From IMG/VR virus record IMGVR_UViG_2850943043_000004, positions 1-64,000 of that record: a DNA stretch of 64,000 bases. The stretch is one strand, 5' to 3'. Within the stretch, counting starts at the first letter, position 1. Each line of letters opens with the position of its first letter. Of the stretch, positions 27,213 to 39,596 are shown one piece after another. The position numbers were made by a program, and so were the translations under genes. The stretch comes from an uncultured virus (IMG/VR IMGVR_UViG_2850943043_000004). Its lineage: Duplodnaviria; Heunggongvirae; Uroviricota; Caudoviricetes. Below the pieces are notes generated by a model. It saw nothing but the letters and a program-made list of their open reading frames with translations. It was not told where the DNA came from and did not search any database.

Positions 27213-27974
27213 TTACCGATACTTAAATCTGAAAGTGAATCTCAGTTTGCATTTTCCGGTCACTTTTAATCGGTTTTTTCCGTAATCCAATCTAATGTAA
27301 TTGTCATTAAAATCATCATATCTTTCATTCCCATATAAAGACGACTCAATAATTTCTTTGACGCCATTCACTTTAACAATTTCTCTGTCTTTTAGATTGC
27401 TAAATATAAAGGGTTCAGTATAATCACTCAGGTTCTCGATTTTTACATCGCCGTTGCCAATTTTTAGAATTTCAACAGTGGGGTAAATCGCAACATCGCC
27501 TTTGTTATGGAGTTCAATGATTTTCATTCCTGATGATATATCAAAGGAGTGGGTACTTGTGTTTCGACTGTATGCATAAGGGGAGTTGCATTTCATAGTC
27601 AAACGAACATATCCATGTCTAGCCGCATTATGGACTAAATCACTGGTATCCACGGGCATTGCATAATACACAATGTCTAAATTTTCGCTGAACGCTAAAG
27701 GCTTGTAATCATCGACATCTAGCCAGCGCTTAATTGCTCTTATTTTTTTCTCATCATAATTTTCACCAACATAAAAGTTTAAAGGGAATTGTTTTGATTC
27801 TCTTTTGACACCTTCAGTGTATGGCTCTGATCTTCCTTTTACATAGGTTTCATTAACTGATCGTGAACCTAGAAAAGATTCCTCAACTAACCCAGACTCT
27901 GTATTAACGTTTTCCACACCGTAGTCGATCGACTTTACGTTATCAAACATGAAATATTGGCTTTGCCTAATCAA
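27213..27974 (-). CDS. yomH: Distal tail (Dit)-like protein
   Basis: Directly after tape measure; LTMKCNSPYAYS, LDYGKNRL. Confidence 0.8.
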   Translation of the reverse strand: MIRQSQYFMFDNVKSIDYGVENVNTESGLVEESFLGSRSVNETYVKGRSEPYTEGVKRESKQFPLNFYVGENYDEKKIRAIKRWLDVDDYKPLAFSENLDIVYYAMPVDTSDLVHNAARHGYVRLTMKCNSPYAYSRNTSTHSFDISSGMKIIELHNKGDVAIYPTVEILKIGNGDVKIENLSDYTEPFIFSNLKDREIVKVNGVKEIIESSLYGNERYDDFNDNYIRLDYGKNRLKVTGKCKLRFTFRFKYR

Positions 27975-28017
27975 TTTTTCACCCCCAATATAAATAGAGC
28001 CGGCAATCTTAGCCGAC

Positions 28018-31000
28018 TCATGTGATGTTGAAATTTAGTCCAGTATTTTTAAGACCATTTACAAATTGTTTATACATTAAATTTGCAGTTTCTTGTGGAT
28101 TTCCCGATTCATTAATGGTCTCAACAATTTTGTCTATTTGGATATTGTATGTAGGTGAACTATCCCTTGAAGAAGGGGATACAGTAGGTTTCGATAAGTT
28201 CTTAAGAGTTGGAATTAAGCCTTTACTTAAATTTGTTTGACCAGCAACTGCAGCGTTCATTGTTGGTGTGACAAGGGCGATACTCTTACTTAAAACATCT
28301 GAAATTTTACCAGGTTGACCCCATTTAGAGGCAGTCTTTACTGAGTTATCAGTAGACGTTTGACGAACTTGCTTTACAGCTTCTAGCATGTTTTCAGTAT
28401 CTGTCTTATTTAAAATAAGTTCCTTGTCATGTAAGAATGCAAGCTTTCCTGCTCCAAGCCCCGTGCCTGTATACCCGCCAGAAGCAAATGATGACACCTT
28501 TTTACCTGTTGTATTTCCAGTTGTAACGGTATTTAATGCACTGGCAGCGTCCTTAAGCTTATCAATCAAGTTATTGGAAATACTTTTCCCAATCGACTTC
28601 ATATTCTCATTTATGAACTTGGTGAATTCATTAAGCTGCTTAGCGATGTCAGTGATTTTACCATCCATAAGCTTATCTTCAAGCTTTTTAAATGCTCGTT
28701 CATCATTTACCAGGTCATCGTACTTGTTGTTGATTGACTCTTCATCTTTTTCAAGTTGATCCTGAAGGGCTTCTTTCCGTTTTGTGTTGCTACGATCTTT
28801 AAGATAATCATCCAAAGCTTCCTGTTGTTCTTGAAGCTGTTTCTCTAGGTCTTTGACTTGCGATTTAGCCTCAGAGGAGTCGTCCATGGAAAGTTTATTG
28901 ATCTTATCTTTTGTTTCCTGGATGGCTTGATTCTTCTCTTTTAATTCCTTTTGATATTTAGCTTCGTCATCAGTCTTGTCGATCTCATCAATCTTATCTT
29001 GTGTCGCTTTCTGATGGGCTTCTAACTCAATATCCCGCATTTTTTCGTACATCTCTTTGTAGATGGATACAACTTCGTCAGCCAATGATTTATAGATGTC
29101 TTTGATCGACTTCTTGGTGTTATAAAGCTCAAGATTGAAATCTTTCTGTTTATCTTTCCAGTTTTCGATTTCTTCAGTGATCTGTTCCTGGATGTCAGGG
29201 AAACCTTTCGCAGCTTTCTTTTGATCTTCAAGCTGTTTGATATATTTTTTGGCTTCCTTTTGTTGTTGCTGAATGAGCTTTATCTGCTTGCTATAGTACT
29301 TAACCTTGTCCTCATCTTCTTCAGTCATTGAAATTTTATTATCAACATCTTTAATTTTCCCTTGGGTTTTAGAAGATGACTTTTCAATTGACTTAAGCGT
29401 CTCATCAACTTTAGATTGGACAAGTTGCTTCTGTAGCTCACGAACCTGATCTTGAACAGAAATTAAATCTAGCTTGGCTTGTTTAAGCTCTTCTTGAAGC
29501 TGGGCACGTTGAGCGGAGTTTAATGCTTTATTTGTTTTTATTTCTTTTTGAATCCAATTAACTTTTTGTTGTTGGATTTTAGCTTGTTCTGCAACAGCTT
29601 TTTTCTGATCAGAGGCGTATTTGCGGAATTCCTTGCTGTCAGAAGTGTATCGGTTAGCCATTGATTCATCTTTAGCTATCCGAACATCAAAATCCCCAAT
29701 TCTTTTATCAAACTCATCGAGTTTGGATTGAACTAGTTCATACTGAAGTTCTTGAATCTGATCATTGACTGAATCTATATCTCCTTGAAGGGAGAGAAGA
29801 TCAGATTTAGCCTGGGCTATCCCTTGTTGCCGTTCTGCCTCAGCTTGTGACGCATCTGAAATAGATGTTCCAATACCTTGCATGTACTTTTCAGGATCGA
29901 TTGTTTTTCCATTTTGTTCGATCTGTAAATGAAGGTGGTTCCCAGTCGAGTTCCCTGTGCTACCAACTTTACCGATAGTTTGACCGGCTTTAACTGATTG
30001 ACCTGTTTTAACAGAAGGAGTGTTAAGCATGTGCATGTACTTGGCAACTGTTCCATCATCCTGTTTAATAACAACCCAGTTACCTGCAGTTTTACTGTAG
30101 CCAGCAATTTGGACTTTACCACTTTGAAGAGATTTAATTGCTGTACCTGCTTTTGCAGCAAAATCAGTTCCTTTGTGTGGGGAGGAGCGGAGACCGGATT
30201 CCTGCTGTCCATATTTGGAGCTTACCCTAAAAGCGCTATTATTTGTATAATAGCTGGCGATTGAAGAAGTGGCAGAGGAGAGGGATTTGCTGTAGTTGGA
30301 CATGATCTTCTTGACGTAATTCTGTGTTTCTTTAAAAGGAGGGATACCACCATATTTAATTACGTTACCAGGCCCAGCATTATATGCAGCCAATGCTTTT
30401 TCAACATTACCGCCAAACTTTTCAAGCTGTTGGGCGAGGTACTTTGTTCCACCCATAACATTTTGATAAGGATCGTAAGCGTTATTTACTCCTAAGCTTT
30501 TCGCTGTTGCTGGCATCAGTTGCATTAATCCCATGGCACCTACACCAGATCGTGCTTTAGCATTAAACCCTGATTCTTGCTGAATTACAGCTGCAATAAG
30601 GGCAGGGTCAACATTGTATTTACTAGCTGCTGAATTTATGTAGCTTGAGTACTTGCCTGAATAGGAACCACCAGTTGAGGAGGGGGTTCCGCCAGAAGAA
30701 GTTGTAGAGGTTACAATACCGTATTGAGTAATGTTACCAGATTTAATTTGATCTTTAAGCAGCTTAGCTTGTTCCTGCATAAGCTTTTTCTTTTGCTGAA
30801 GTGCTTTAATTTCTTTCTTGATTGCATCTCGATATTTCTGAGAGTATTTAGGATAATCATTGACCTGCTTGTTGTGCTTGTCAATCTCAGCATTAACTTT
30901 TTCTAATGCTTCCTTGTATTTATCAACAACATACATGGAAGTCTTGGTTTCTTCATTGGCTTTTTCTTGTTGATCTGTCCAATTCTCCAATGATGTTCCA

Positions 31001-34000
31001 GCTTCAACAAGTGCCTGTTTATTCATTTCTTGTGTACTGGTGGCTTCTTCAGATGCAGAAATATAAGATTCTAAAGCTGATTTAACGCTTTGCATTGCTT
31101 CAATTTGACTATTGGAGTATCCACCAGGTTGAAGCATTTTCTCTTCAAGCTTTTTAAGTTCTTTTTTTGCATCTGCAACATTATTAATTGACTTAACTTC
31201 TAGGTCTGACAGTTCGGCCTCAGACATATCAAGCTTTCGTTCTTTTCGTAGCTTTTTCAGGCTGTCAATCCGTAAGGTATCAGCGTTTAAAGTTTTGATA
31301 GCGTTGTTAACTTCTGTTTTCATCAATTTATTGCTGTAGGTAACCATGTCGTTATAAGCATCAAGTTTAACTTTTCTTTGTTTGATAACTTCATCACGGT
31401 TAATTTTCACAACGCCATTTTCGATGCTAATAGCCTTGGCAAGTTCCTTATCTTTTTGAATAAGGGTATTAGCTTCATTTGCAGAAATACTTTTACCTTC
31501 AGCCATTTTTTCCAGAAGATCATTGAGAGGAGCTACTTGATCTTTGGTGTTATTAAAAATATCCCCATTTAAGGCATCTTGAACGGAATCGAACTGCATA
31601 GCATCTGACATTTCTTTAATAGCTGCCTTAATATCATCAACACTATTTGCATCCAGAGCTTCTTTTAGCTTCTTACCAAAATCTTCTGCCTCATTACCTG
31701 CTTCTGCCAGCGTCTCACCTAAATCACCAACTTCAGATTTGACGGAAGATAAACTCTTATCTCCATCTTTTATGTTCTTCTGTGCTTTGTCGAAGCTCAT
31801 TTTAAAAACATCAATAGAAGAATCGGATTTGGAGTATGTTTCTAAGAGACTTTGAAGATCTTTTTTGCGTTATCGAAAGCTTTTTCATCACCTGAATCTA
31901 AAGCTTTTTGCATTTTTTCTTGAAGCTTTCCTAAAGAAGAGGAGAATTTTTCTAATTCTTCAGGATCTAAATCATCTTTTAAGTTAAGTTTGTTGACAAC
32001 ATCACTAATACTCGTCTTTAAAGTATTACTGATATCAATTGAACTATAAGCATTTGCAATTGAAAGGACGCTATCTTTAACTTTAGCATTTCCACTCTCA
32101 ATGTCAGATTGAGCTTTGAGCATGCTTTGTTTAGCTTTATCAGCTGCAACCTTATAGTCATCGTCATCTGCAATGAGATCCCATTTAGGTCTACCTTTAT
32201 CGTTGTAATCAGCTATTTGTTTGTACTGCTTTAGTTCATCCTTAGACTTTTTAATTTCCTTAGAAGCGTCTTCGAATGTTTTCTTTGCGCTGTCTCTTGT
32301 TTCTTGTTTCTTTAAAGCCAAATACTCTTTAGTATTCTCAATCGCTTTTTCAAGCTCTTTATTTGTCTTAAGAATTGCATTTCCTTGAGAATCATAGCCT
32401 TTAACTAATGCAGGGAATGTTTGTGCTAATTGCTGAGTGACTTGAAGGTATTCTTGCTCTTCATCTGAAGTTAAAGATCTTGACTCTTTAACTTTTTGAA
32501 GCTCTTTATATTGCTGTATTAGTTTATCAGTGGAGTCTTTATTGGTCGTAATTGCTTCGACATTGGTTTGCTGGCTCTGCTCAAAATCATCTTTAGCTTT
32601 TTTAGCTTCTGCAAAAGAAGAAATTAATGATTCTAGCGCCCATCCTAAAGCAGCAAACGCACCGCCAACTAATGTTGAAACAAGCAACCCTCGAAGAGCA
32701 GTTTTTAGAACTCTTGAGGCAACTGCTGCACGAGTCATACCAGCTTCTAGCCCAGCAGTTGCTAAAGTTTCTTGCCCCATTGCACGTGTGCCCAAAATTA
32801 GGGTGGTGGCTAATGTGCGGGTATTCTTACTGAGCAAAAGGGTTGCAGTGCTTACTGCAGCTAAAAGGGGAGGTAGGAACCCTACTGATTTGATTACTCC
32901 TGTTGAAGCGTTAAGTAAAGAACCTGCTGCTTGAGTGAACTCAATTAATCCATCGCTAATAAAAGCATCTGAAGCAGCAATAGCAAATTCAGTAAAGTTA
33001 TTTTGAAGCTTATTTACCCTAGCTTGTAGACTATCAGCATATTTTTGTTGCTCGCTCCATGCACTTCCCGTAGAGTTAGCTGCAGTTTTTGCCGCATTCT
33101 GAGCAATAGAGAAGTTGTTCATCATTGCATTAAAACGAGATAACTGATAAATACCAGCTACTCCAATTGAAGTATTTTGCTTTTGAGCATCAGTAAGAGT
33201 ATCCCACTTACCAGCAACTTCACTAATTAAATCACTTGCTGATTTAGCTTCTCCACTAGCTGTTTTGACAGAAATACCGATTTCATCTAACGCTTTAATT
33301 GAGCTTTGATTATTTCCAATTCGTGCAAAAATTGTCTTTAAAGAGTTACCGACGATATTCCCTGATTCACGTGTTGTACTAGCAATTGCGGTTGTGTAAC
33401 CAATAAGATCATTTAACTCGACCCCGAATGTAGAAGCAGTTGAACCTGCTTTCCGGATAGAATTCGCTAGATCGAGTGTTGTAACAGCATAGTTATTATC
33501 AACCTCATTTAATTTATCTGCAATTGATATTGAATCATTGGCTGCAATATTAAAGTTGAGCATTGCTGCCGTAAGAGTATTAACTGTATCATCGGGAGTT
33601 AAATCGGAGACATTTTGAAGAACTTGAGCAGTTTTCGTTAACGTGGAGAGTTCACTTTCATCGAAGCCCATTCTCCCAAAATCGCCTGTCATTTGGAGAA
33701 TATCTGTGATTTTATTTGAAAGTGTATCACCTAAGTCAATAGATTCTTGGAGAAGTTCATTATATTTATAGTCCGGCTCATTCATAACACGGCGGATATT
33801 TGTCATGAGCGTATCAATTTCAACTGCCTGGGATACCATTTCTTTAAGTCCAGAGATAGCCCCATAGAATAAAGAACCGGAGATTAAATAGGTGGACATG
33901 CTTTTGAAGGTTTGGGTTAGTTCTGCTCCAAAAGAAGAGGCTTGATTAGCAGCTGCTTGAGCGCTGGAGGCTAATTCTCTAAATTGCATATTCAAGTTTT

Positions 34001-34913
34001 GAATTTGTGATCTGACATTATTGCTTCCAGTGCTTACATTAAGACTATTTACTGCATTCAAATAATCTTGAACAGCTTGTCTATTACTAGAGCCCATTGA
34101 ACTGCCATACCGTGTATTTAGGTTTTGGACATTTACTTGTGCCTGTCGCTGATATAATTCAATGGTTTTCTTTAATTCGTTGTTCTTCGCAACTGCAGCA
34201 GATTTATCATCTAACATCCTTATCCTATTTTGCAGTGCTTCAATTTGTTGAGCGGATTGAGCTGTGTTTATTTTTCGGCCAAGAGATGAGATGGTCGTAT
34301 CAGTAACAATACCTTGCTGTCTAAGCTTCTCTAGATCTTGCTTAAGCTGCTCAATTGCTCTCCTTTGTTGGTCATAATTAGTTGTAGTTTTTGAAGAAGT
34401 CGAATTAGTTTTAGGATCAGTTGTATAAACAATATCATCGAACCCGTGACGATTTTTCTGCACAACCTTTGTTGACTGTCCTTGCAGATTTCTCTGCACA
34501 GTCTTTTTTTGAACCTGTCCTAGTTTCTCAGTGGCCTGTGTAAGCTTGTTAACCTCTTGAGTTTCTTGCTTTAGAGCAGTATTGCGATTATTGATTATTT
34601 TCGTTTCGCGTTGAAGTATTTCACCATTCTTCTTATATTGCTGGGTGAGTTTTTCAACCGATCCGTCAGCATTCTTAATTACTGTTGAGGTTTCTCTAAC
34701 TGTTTGATTATAGGATTTTAGGTTTTTCTGATATGCATCGACAGCAGAGGAGAATTCTTGCAGAGCTTTTAAGGTTGTAGAATCAATATTCGTATTGAGC
34801 TTGAGGGAGTTGAGTTTCTTTTCCAGAGATTTAATTTGCTGATTTAACTGTTCGACAGTTTTAGATGAGGTATCAGCTTGTGGGGTTAGTATAATTTTGA
34901 GGTTTTGACTCAA
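28018..34913 (-). CDS. cwlP: Tape measure protein with lytic transglycosylase and M23 peptidase domains (frameshift near 31865)
   Basis: Tape-measure domain; SLT QQESGF...GLMQLMP...AYNAG; M23 HKGTDF...HLHLQI. Confidence 0.95.
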
Positions 34914-34966
34914 GTAAGAATCACTTCCTTTCAGTAGGGGAGAGGACAAAGAAAAAAGCCACTCAG

Positions 34967-35650
34967 TTATTGAGCGACTTTGTTTGCTTTCTTAATAATT
35001 ACATCCATAACACCATGCCAATATTCTGCATTCTTAAGTGCTTGTTGAATGATATTGCTATCTTTCTTATACCCCTGAGTATTATACCCTTCAACTTCTT
35101 GTGTGGGGAGAAAATCGATGTAATAGATAGGTTTACTGAGGTCTTCAACAGTAATCTTTAGCGTGACGGATTTGACCATTTCATTTTGTATTGAAGAGGC
35201 AGACAACCCTCCAAGTGCAGCTCCAATGCCTCCAGCTAACAGGCCACCAGCTACAATTCCCGATTTTGATACTTTAGAAATTATTTGATTGTCCAAAGTA
35301 ATTTCGGATTCAATAATATTGGAAAAAGGGATTGTGTATTCTTCAATATGTTCATCTCTATTAAGCAGATATATTTTCACAAGAGAATCAGATTCTTTAA
35401 AAGCAATTTTAGTTTTGTAAGTATTAAAGAAATTGTCTGGTTTAAAACCAACGTCGAAGTGCTTAAGTGTTTCCGCATTTTCTTTTAGTTTATCTATATT
35501 TTTTTGGCTTTTAATTTTGTAAGGTTCAAGTGCTAATAGGGCTAATCCTGCAATTATTAAGCAAATTCCCATGCCTCTCCAGCCATCCATTAGCAAAAAG
35601 AAAAGACAGAATAAAAAATAGCCACCATAAGCCATTAACTTATATCCCAT
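34967..35650 (-). CDS. yomJ: Membrane protein YomJ, putative superinfection-resistance protein
   Basis: Two N-terminal TM segments, glycine-zipper GGLLAGGIGAALGG; synteny. Confidence 0.75.
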   Translation of the reverse strand: MGYKLMAYGGYFLFCLFFLLMDGWRGMGICLIIAGLALLALEPYKIKSQKNIDKLKENAETLKHFDVGFKPDNFFNTYKTKIAFKESDSLVKIYLLNRDEHIEEYTIPFSNIIESEITLDNQIISKVSKSGIVAGGLLAGGIGAALGGLSASSIQNEMVKSVTLKITVEDLSKPIYYIDFLPTQEVEGYNTQGYKKDSNIIQQALKNAEYWHGVMDVIIKKANKVAQ

Positions 35651-35721
35651 TCAACCACCGCCGGTATCATTTTCCTACATTATACCATGGTTTTCAGTAG
35701 GGCTATATGAATGCAGAGGAT

Positions 35722-36141
35722 TTATTTATCACTTTTTATTCTAGTGAGAAGGTCTTTAAAATATACAGCAGTCGTATGAGTCCTTTTATCAAGTAAAGTG
35801 TATCCGTATATGGCTATGACACAAAAAATTACCAAAAAGGACATTACTGAGCTATTATCACCGAACACTGTTTTAAATAAAAGCGTTATACTTGTTACAA
35901 CAATTGCGGATAAAGATATCGTTTTTGAAACATCGCATGCTGTTTCAATTCTTGACATCCTTGCTATTGCTGAGGATAATTCCTCATGGTTTAACGATTT
36001 TAAAACCTGAAGCTTTGTATTTAATGAATTGAAGTCTTGTCCAGTAGACGGAAATTCTGTTCTTATAAATTTTATTAATTCTGATGCATCTAGTTCCGCC
36101 AATTTTCGTCTAACTGTTTTCTTATTGAACATTTTCATCAC
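35722..36141 (-). CDS. Hypothetical two-TM membrane protein
   Basis: 139 aa ORF, SD GGAGAGGTG, two C-terminal hydrophobic helices. Confidence 0.65.
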   Translation of the reverse strand: MMKMFNKKTVRRKLAELDASELIKFIRTEFPSTGQDFNSLNTKLQVLKSLNHEELSSAIARMSRIETACDVSKTISLSAIVVTSITLLFKTVFGDNSSVMSFLVIFCVIAIYGYTLLDKRTHTTAVYFKDLLTRIKSDK

Positions 36142-36477
36142 CTCTCCATATTATCGACAAATACGCAAAGGATTTTAATGGAAATTAGATTTCTAAGAGT
36201 ACGTTTCTCTAATTATCAAAATGAATGAATAGTCCTTTTTAAGATTTATACACAGTTATTCTCCAAGGAAAAACGACTCAATTTTTCGATTTTTATGTAA
36301 ATCAAAAAAGAATCATGTTAGAGTAGGTGTGCTGAAAATAATTCGAAAAATTATTTTGCGATATGATTAAAGTAATATTGCCAGAGAGTTCGGATTGGAC
36401 AAAATTGTAAGTATTTAATACACTGGGGCTGCAATCAAATATGCACCTGGAATCAATTGCTAAACGGGGGAGTTTAA

Positions 36478-36653
36478 ATGAACAACAAGAAAAATATCTT
36501 TGATATTGTAATGTACATTATTTTCGGTGTGTTAAGTCTTTTCTAGTTGCAAAAACTGATTATGGCACTGGAGTTTTAGTGTTTGTTGCAATTTTATACC
36601 TCGCAGTAATTGCTTATAAAATTAAGCAAGTATTTAGTAATTCAGATTCTTAA
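36478..36653 (+). CDS. Small two-TM protein, YouB-like (T-run frameshift near 36540)
   Basis: MNNKKNIFDIVMYIIFGVLSLF/VAKTDYGTGVLVFVAILYLAVIAYKIKQVFSNSDS*; SD GGGGGAG. Confidence 0.65.
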
Positions 36654-36677
36654 GGTGTAACACAAGGAGGATTTTAA

Positions 36678-37364
36678 TTGAGAAAGAAAAGAGTTATTAC
36701 TTGTGTTATGGCTGCATCATTGACTTTAGGCTCACTTTTACCTGCAGGTTACGCTTCTGCTAAGGAGGACTCTAAGAAAACCCCTTCTTACGAAGAACTA
36801 GCACAACATTACAAAATGAAAAGTGAAAAGATTTCATCGAACGGGAAATTAGTTGAAATTGAGTATGTGAGTGGAAATGAATCTCACAAAGTTCAGATGA
36901 ACGGAAATGATCACACTGTAAAAGTCGATGGCATAGAACAAAAAGGCTTGAACTTTGAGTATGATGAAAATGTTGCTAACAGAACAAATTATGAAAACAA
37001 TAATTTAAATTCTAATGAATTCACAACACAGGCTGCAAAACCTAAAAAAGGATACCATTATGTGGGGACTTTATCTGGACATACAAAAGCAGCTAAAAAT
37101 GCGTTATCAGTTACAATGTCATTAGTCGGTATTGTCCCTGGGCTGGGATGGGGGAGTAAGGCTGCCACAATTTTATTCTCTTATTGGGCTAAAGAACAAA
37201 TCCCTGATGCGTATTATAAATATGATTTATATGAAAAAGGGGCAATGACTGATAGCTGGTATCAGTATGCTACAGTTCAATTTTTTGAAGATAAAGCTCA
37301 TAAAAAGAAAATGGGCAAACCTTGGACTAGTACTCCTGCAAAAGTAGATTTACCTAATAGCTAA
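36678..37364 (+). CDS. yomL: Secreted protein YomL
   Basis: Signal peptide MRKKRVITCVMAASL...ASA; opposite strand to the late operon; followed by terminator. Confidence 0.75.
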   Translation: MRKKRVITCVMAASLTLGSLLPAGYASAKEDSKKTPSYEELAQHYKMKSEKISSNGKLVEIEYVSGNESHKVQMNGNDHTVKVDGIEQKGLNFEYDENVANRTNYENNNLNSNEFTTQAAKPKKGYHYVGTLSGHTKAAKNALSVTMSLVGIVPGLGWGSKAATILFSYWAKEQIPDAYYKYDLYEKGAMTDSWYQYATVQFFEDKAHKKKMGKPWTSTPAKVDLPNS

Positions 37365-37367
37365 TTT

Positions 37368-37406
37368 TAAAATCACTTTGTCTTTATAAGGGCAAAGTGA
37401 TTTTTT
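37368..37406. terminator. Intrinsic terminator after yomL
   Basis: aaaatcactttgtc / ggcaaagtgatttt inverted repeat. Confidence 0.8.
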
Positions 37407-37490
37407 GTTTTATTCATAAGCAAAATTCCTCGTTTGAGGAATCTTGATTCTGAATAAAAGAGGGATTTTATTTGGATGGAGAGGGGAGTG

Positions 37491-38477
37491 TTAGGAGAAT
37501 ATTTTGTTCTTTTCTTCTTCAAATTCCCTTAGATCATAGTGTGCAATAGTGGTTGATACATCTTCGTGGTGAGCAACATACTTTGAAACGAGTTTTAAAT
37601 CCACTCCACTTTCAAGAAGATAAGTTACACAGGAGGCTTTAAATATATGAGGATTGACTCTTCGTTGGAGAATATCGCTTAAAACATTTGAGCAAAAATA
37701 ATCTGCCCATGACTTTGAAGCTTGTTTAACTTCGCCACCGTACTTAGTTGAAAATATGTACTCCGATTCATAGCCTCTCTTCTCAACCCATAATCGCATG
37801 TATTTTAATGCCTCAAGATTAATCATATAAGGCTCTACTTTCCCATCATCACCTTGTCCTTTTAGGCGCACGTTATGACTGTATACAAACGTTTTACGAT
37901 CAGGTATTGGATAATCAAGTATTTCGGTTTTGAATTGTATAATTTCACTTCTTCTAGCTCCAACATTAAAGGCTGTTGCAAGCCAGGCCATACCTAAATA
38001 ATTCTCGTCCTTTTCAAGTACATCCATCATATCTTTGTACTCATTAAAAGTAATTTTCACTTTGTCATATACTTTGTTTTTGGGAATAGGAGGGAGCCCT
38101 CGGGTTAAATTTCTAAAACTCCGATACTCTTTGAAATCCTCATCATCAGCAATAACATTCTCGATGTAGTTAAACATGGATGAAACACAAGCTTTTTTAA
38201 AACTTTGTGCAGAAGAGGAGAGTTTGCGGTTATCACGAAGATAGCTTAAATACCGAAGAATATCCCTTTTGGTGAGCTTGTATAAAGGTTTGTTATTCAT
38301 CGATTGATATACATAATAACCAAACTGCCTAAGCCCAGATTGATATTGTTTTTTTGTTGCTGGACTAAAGTTTTGAACCGCAATGAACTCATCAACAATA
38401 GTCCTTAATTCATCATTTACATGTTGCCACATTTCGTCTGTGATTTCAGGCAGTTTTTTAGCCCTATCCCGTAACAT
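37491..38477 (-). CDS. yomM: Tyrosine recombinase-family protein YomM
   Basis: SAM-like N-terminus, GARRSE, HIFKAS, HHEDVSTTIAHY. Confidence 0.85.
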   Translation of the reverse strand: MLRDRAKKLPEITDEMWQHVNDELRTIVDEFIAVQNFSPATKKQYQSGLRQFGYYVYQSMNNKPLYKLTKRDILRYLSYLRDNRKLSSSAQSFKKACVSSMFNYIENVIADDEDFKEYRSFRNLTRGLPPIPKNKVYDKVKITFNEYKDMMDVLEKDENYLGMAWLATAFNVGARRSEIIQFKTEILDYPIPDRKTFVYSHNVRLKGQGDDGKVEPYMINLEALKYMRLWVEKRGYESEYIFSTKYGGEVKQASKSWADYFCSNVLSDILQRRVNPHIFKASCVTYLLESGVDLKLVSKYVAHHEDVSTTIAHYDLREFEEEKNKIFS

Positions 38478-38510
38478 GTTTTCTTAATTTTGGTCATTAA
38501 TTCACCACCA

Positions 38511-38930
38511 TTAGTACGTTTTAATTCCGTCTGCTTTTAAATCACTTTTTAATGCCTCTGTTAATCGTCCATCTTTTAGAGTCTCGGCAGTATTCTTCAT
38601 AAAAGGACGAGGTTTACCGTAGCCATATTCATATGAATCAGGGTATGTATACCCCTTCCCGGTTTCAATAACTGTAGCAACGTCTTTTCCGTCATCTTCT
38701 CTAATATTGTCCAATGACACTCCGTTGCTTTCGTTGGTGGTTATAAAGGCATCTTTAACTTGTCCTGTGCGTTCATAAAGAAGGGGATCATATGCACCGT
38801 AAACATCTTCATCAATGTGCTCTTGCCCTGTTTTCACCATAATTTTCTTCACATTGGAGGAAGACTTATGAACTGATTGAATTGCAGCTTGTTCAACCAT
38901 TGCTTTGATTTCTTTTATGTTTTTCGCCAT
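38511..38930 (-). CDS. yomN: Phage tail-related protein YomN
   Basis: YERTG, PRPFM motifs; synteny. Confidence 0.7.
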   Translation of the reverse strand: MAKNIKEIKAMVEQAAIQSVHKSSSNVKKIMVKTGQEHIDEDVYGAYDPLLYERTGQVKDAFITTNESNGVSLDNIREDDGKDVATVIETGKGYTYPDSYEYGYGKPRPFMKNTAETLKDGRLTEALKSDLKADGIKTY

Positions 38931-39418
38931 TACAATGGATCAGCGCTGCTTTCAATCTCTTCGACCTTCTGAAGGATAAGATTATTTGCTTCTTCCTGAG
39001 ATTTTTTTGATAACTCATCTATGTTTTGTTGCAGCATAATAGTGGCTTTACCCAGTTTTTCTAAACTCTCTTTAGGGAAACTTTTAATAATCAAAGGGAA
39101 ATACTCTGAGTCCACAAGTTTAAGATACCATTTGACTTTATTTTTAATGTCATTTGGAATACCCAAGTCTGTAAATTCTTTGATTAGTGAGAAGAATGCC
39201 CAATGAGCTTGATTTATATCTTTGAAGGATTTGACACCTGCTTCTTTTGCTTCTTGTGGATCAGAAATCAATCCGGATAACATTTTTGTCAATCGAGAGG
39301 GAGAGAAGTATGGATAAATAAATACATGTACATCATCAGTCAATTGGACTTTTTCCTTCTTGTCATATTTACTGACGCTCTCCTCAATTAAACCTAAATT
39401 CAACTTCTTTGATGTCAT
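38930..39418 (-). CDS. yomO: Hypothetical phage protein YomO
   Basis: ATG after AAGGAGG; synteny. Confidence 0.65.
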   Translation of the reverse strand: MTSKKLNLGLIEESVSKYDKKEKVQLTDDVHVFIYPYFSPSRLTKMLSGLISDPQEAKEAGVKSFKDINQAHWAFFSLIKEFTDLGIPNDIKNKVKWYLKLVDSEYFPLIIKSFPKESLEKLGKATIMLQQNIDELSKKSQEEANNLILQKVEEIESSADPL

Positions 39419-39455
39419 CTTATGTCCTCCTTTAATATCCTCCATATAATATTTC

Positions 39456-39595
39456 TTAAGCAGCTACATAGTCTTCATTAGTAATCTTTTTATATTCATC
39501 TGGAGTGATATCTCCAAGTTCTACAGCCTTTTTAGATCATCTTTAGTTGCCCATTCATACCGGTATGCCATTTCCCAAAATTCAAAATCAGTCAT
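39456..39595 (-). CDS. XkdX-family small protein (frameshift)
   Basis: MTDFEFWEMAYRYEWATKDDLK/AVELGDITPDEYKKITNEDYVAA*. Confidence 0.75.
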
Positions 39596-39596
39596 T

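Noticed and set aside
37491..38477. YomM as the integrase for the spoVK site
   Set aside because: 30 kb from the junction, embedded in the late cluster as in SPbeta, which integrates with a serine recombinase
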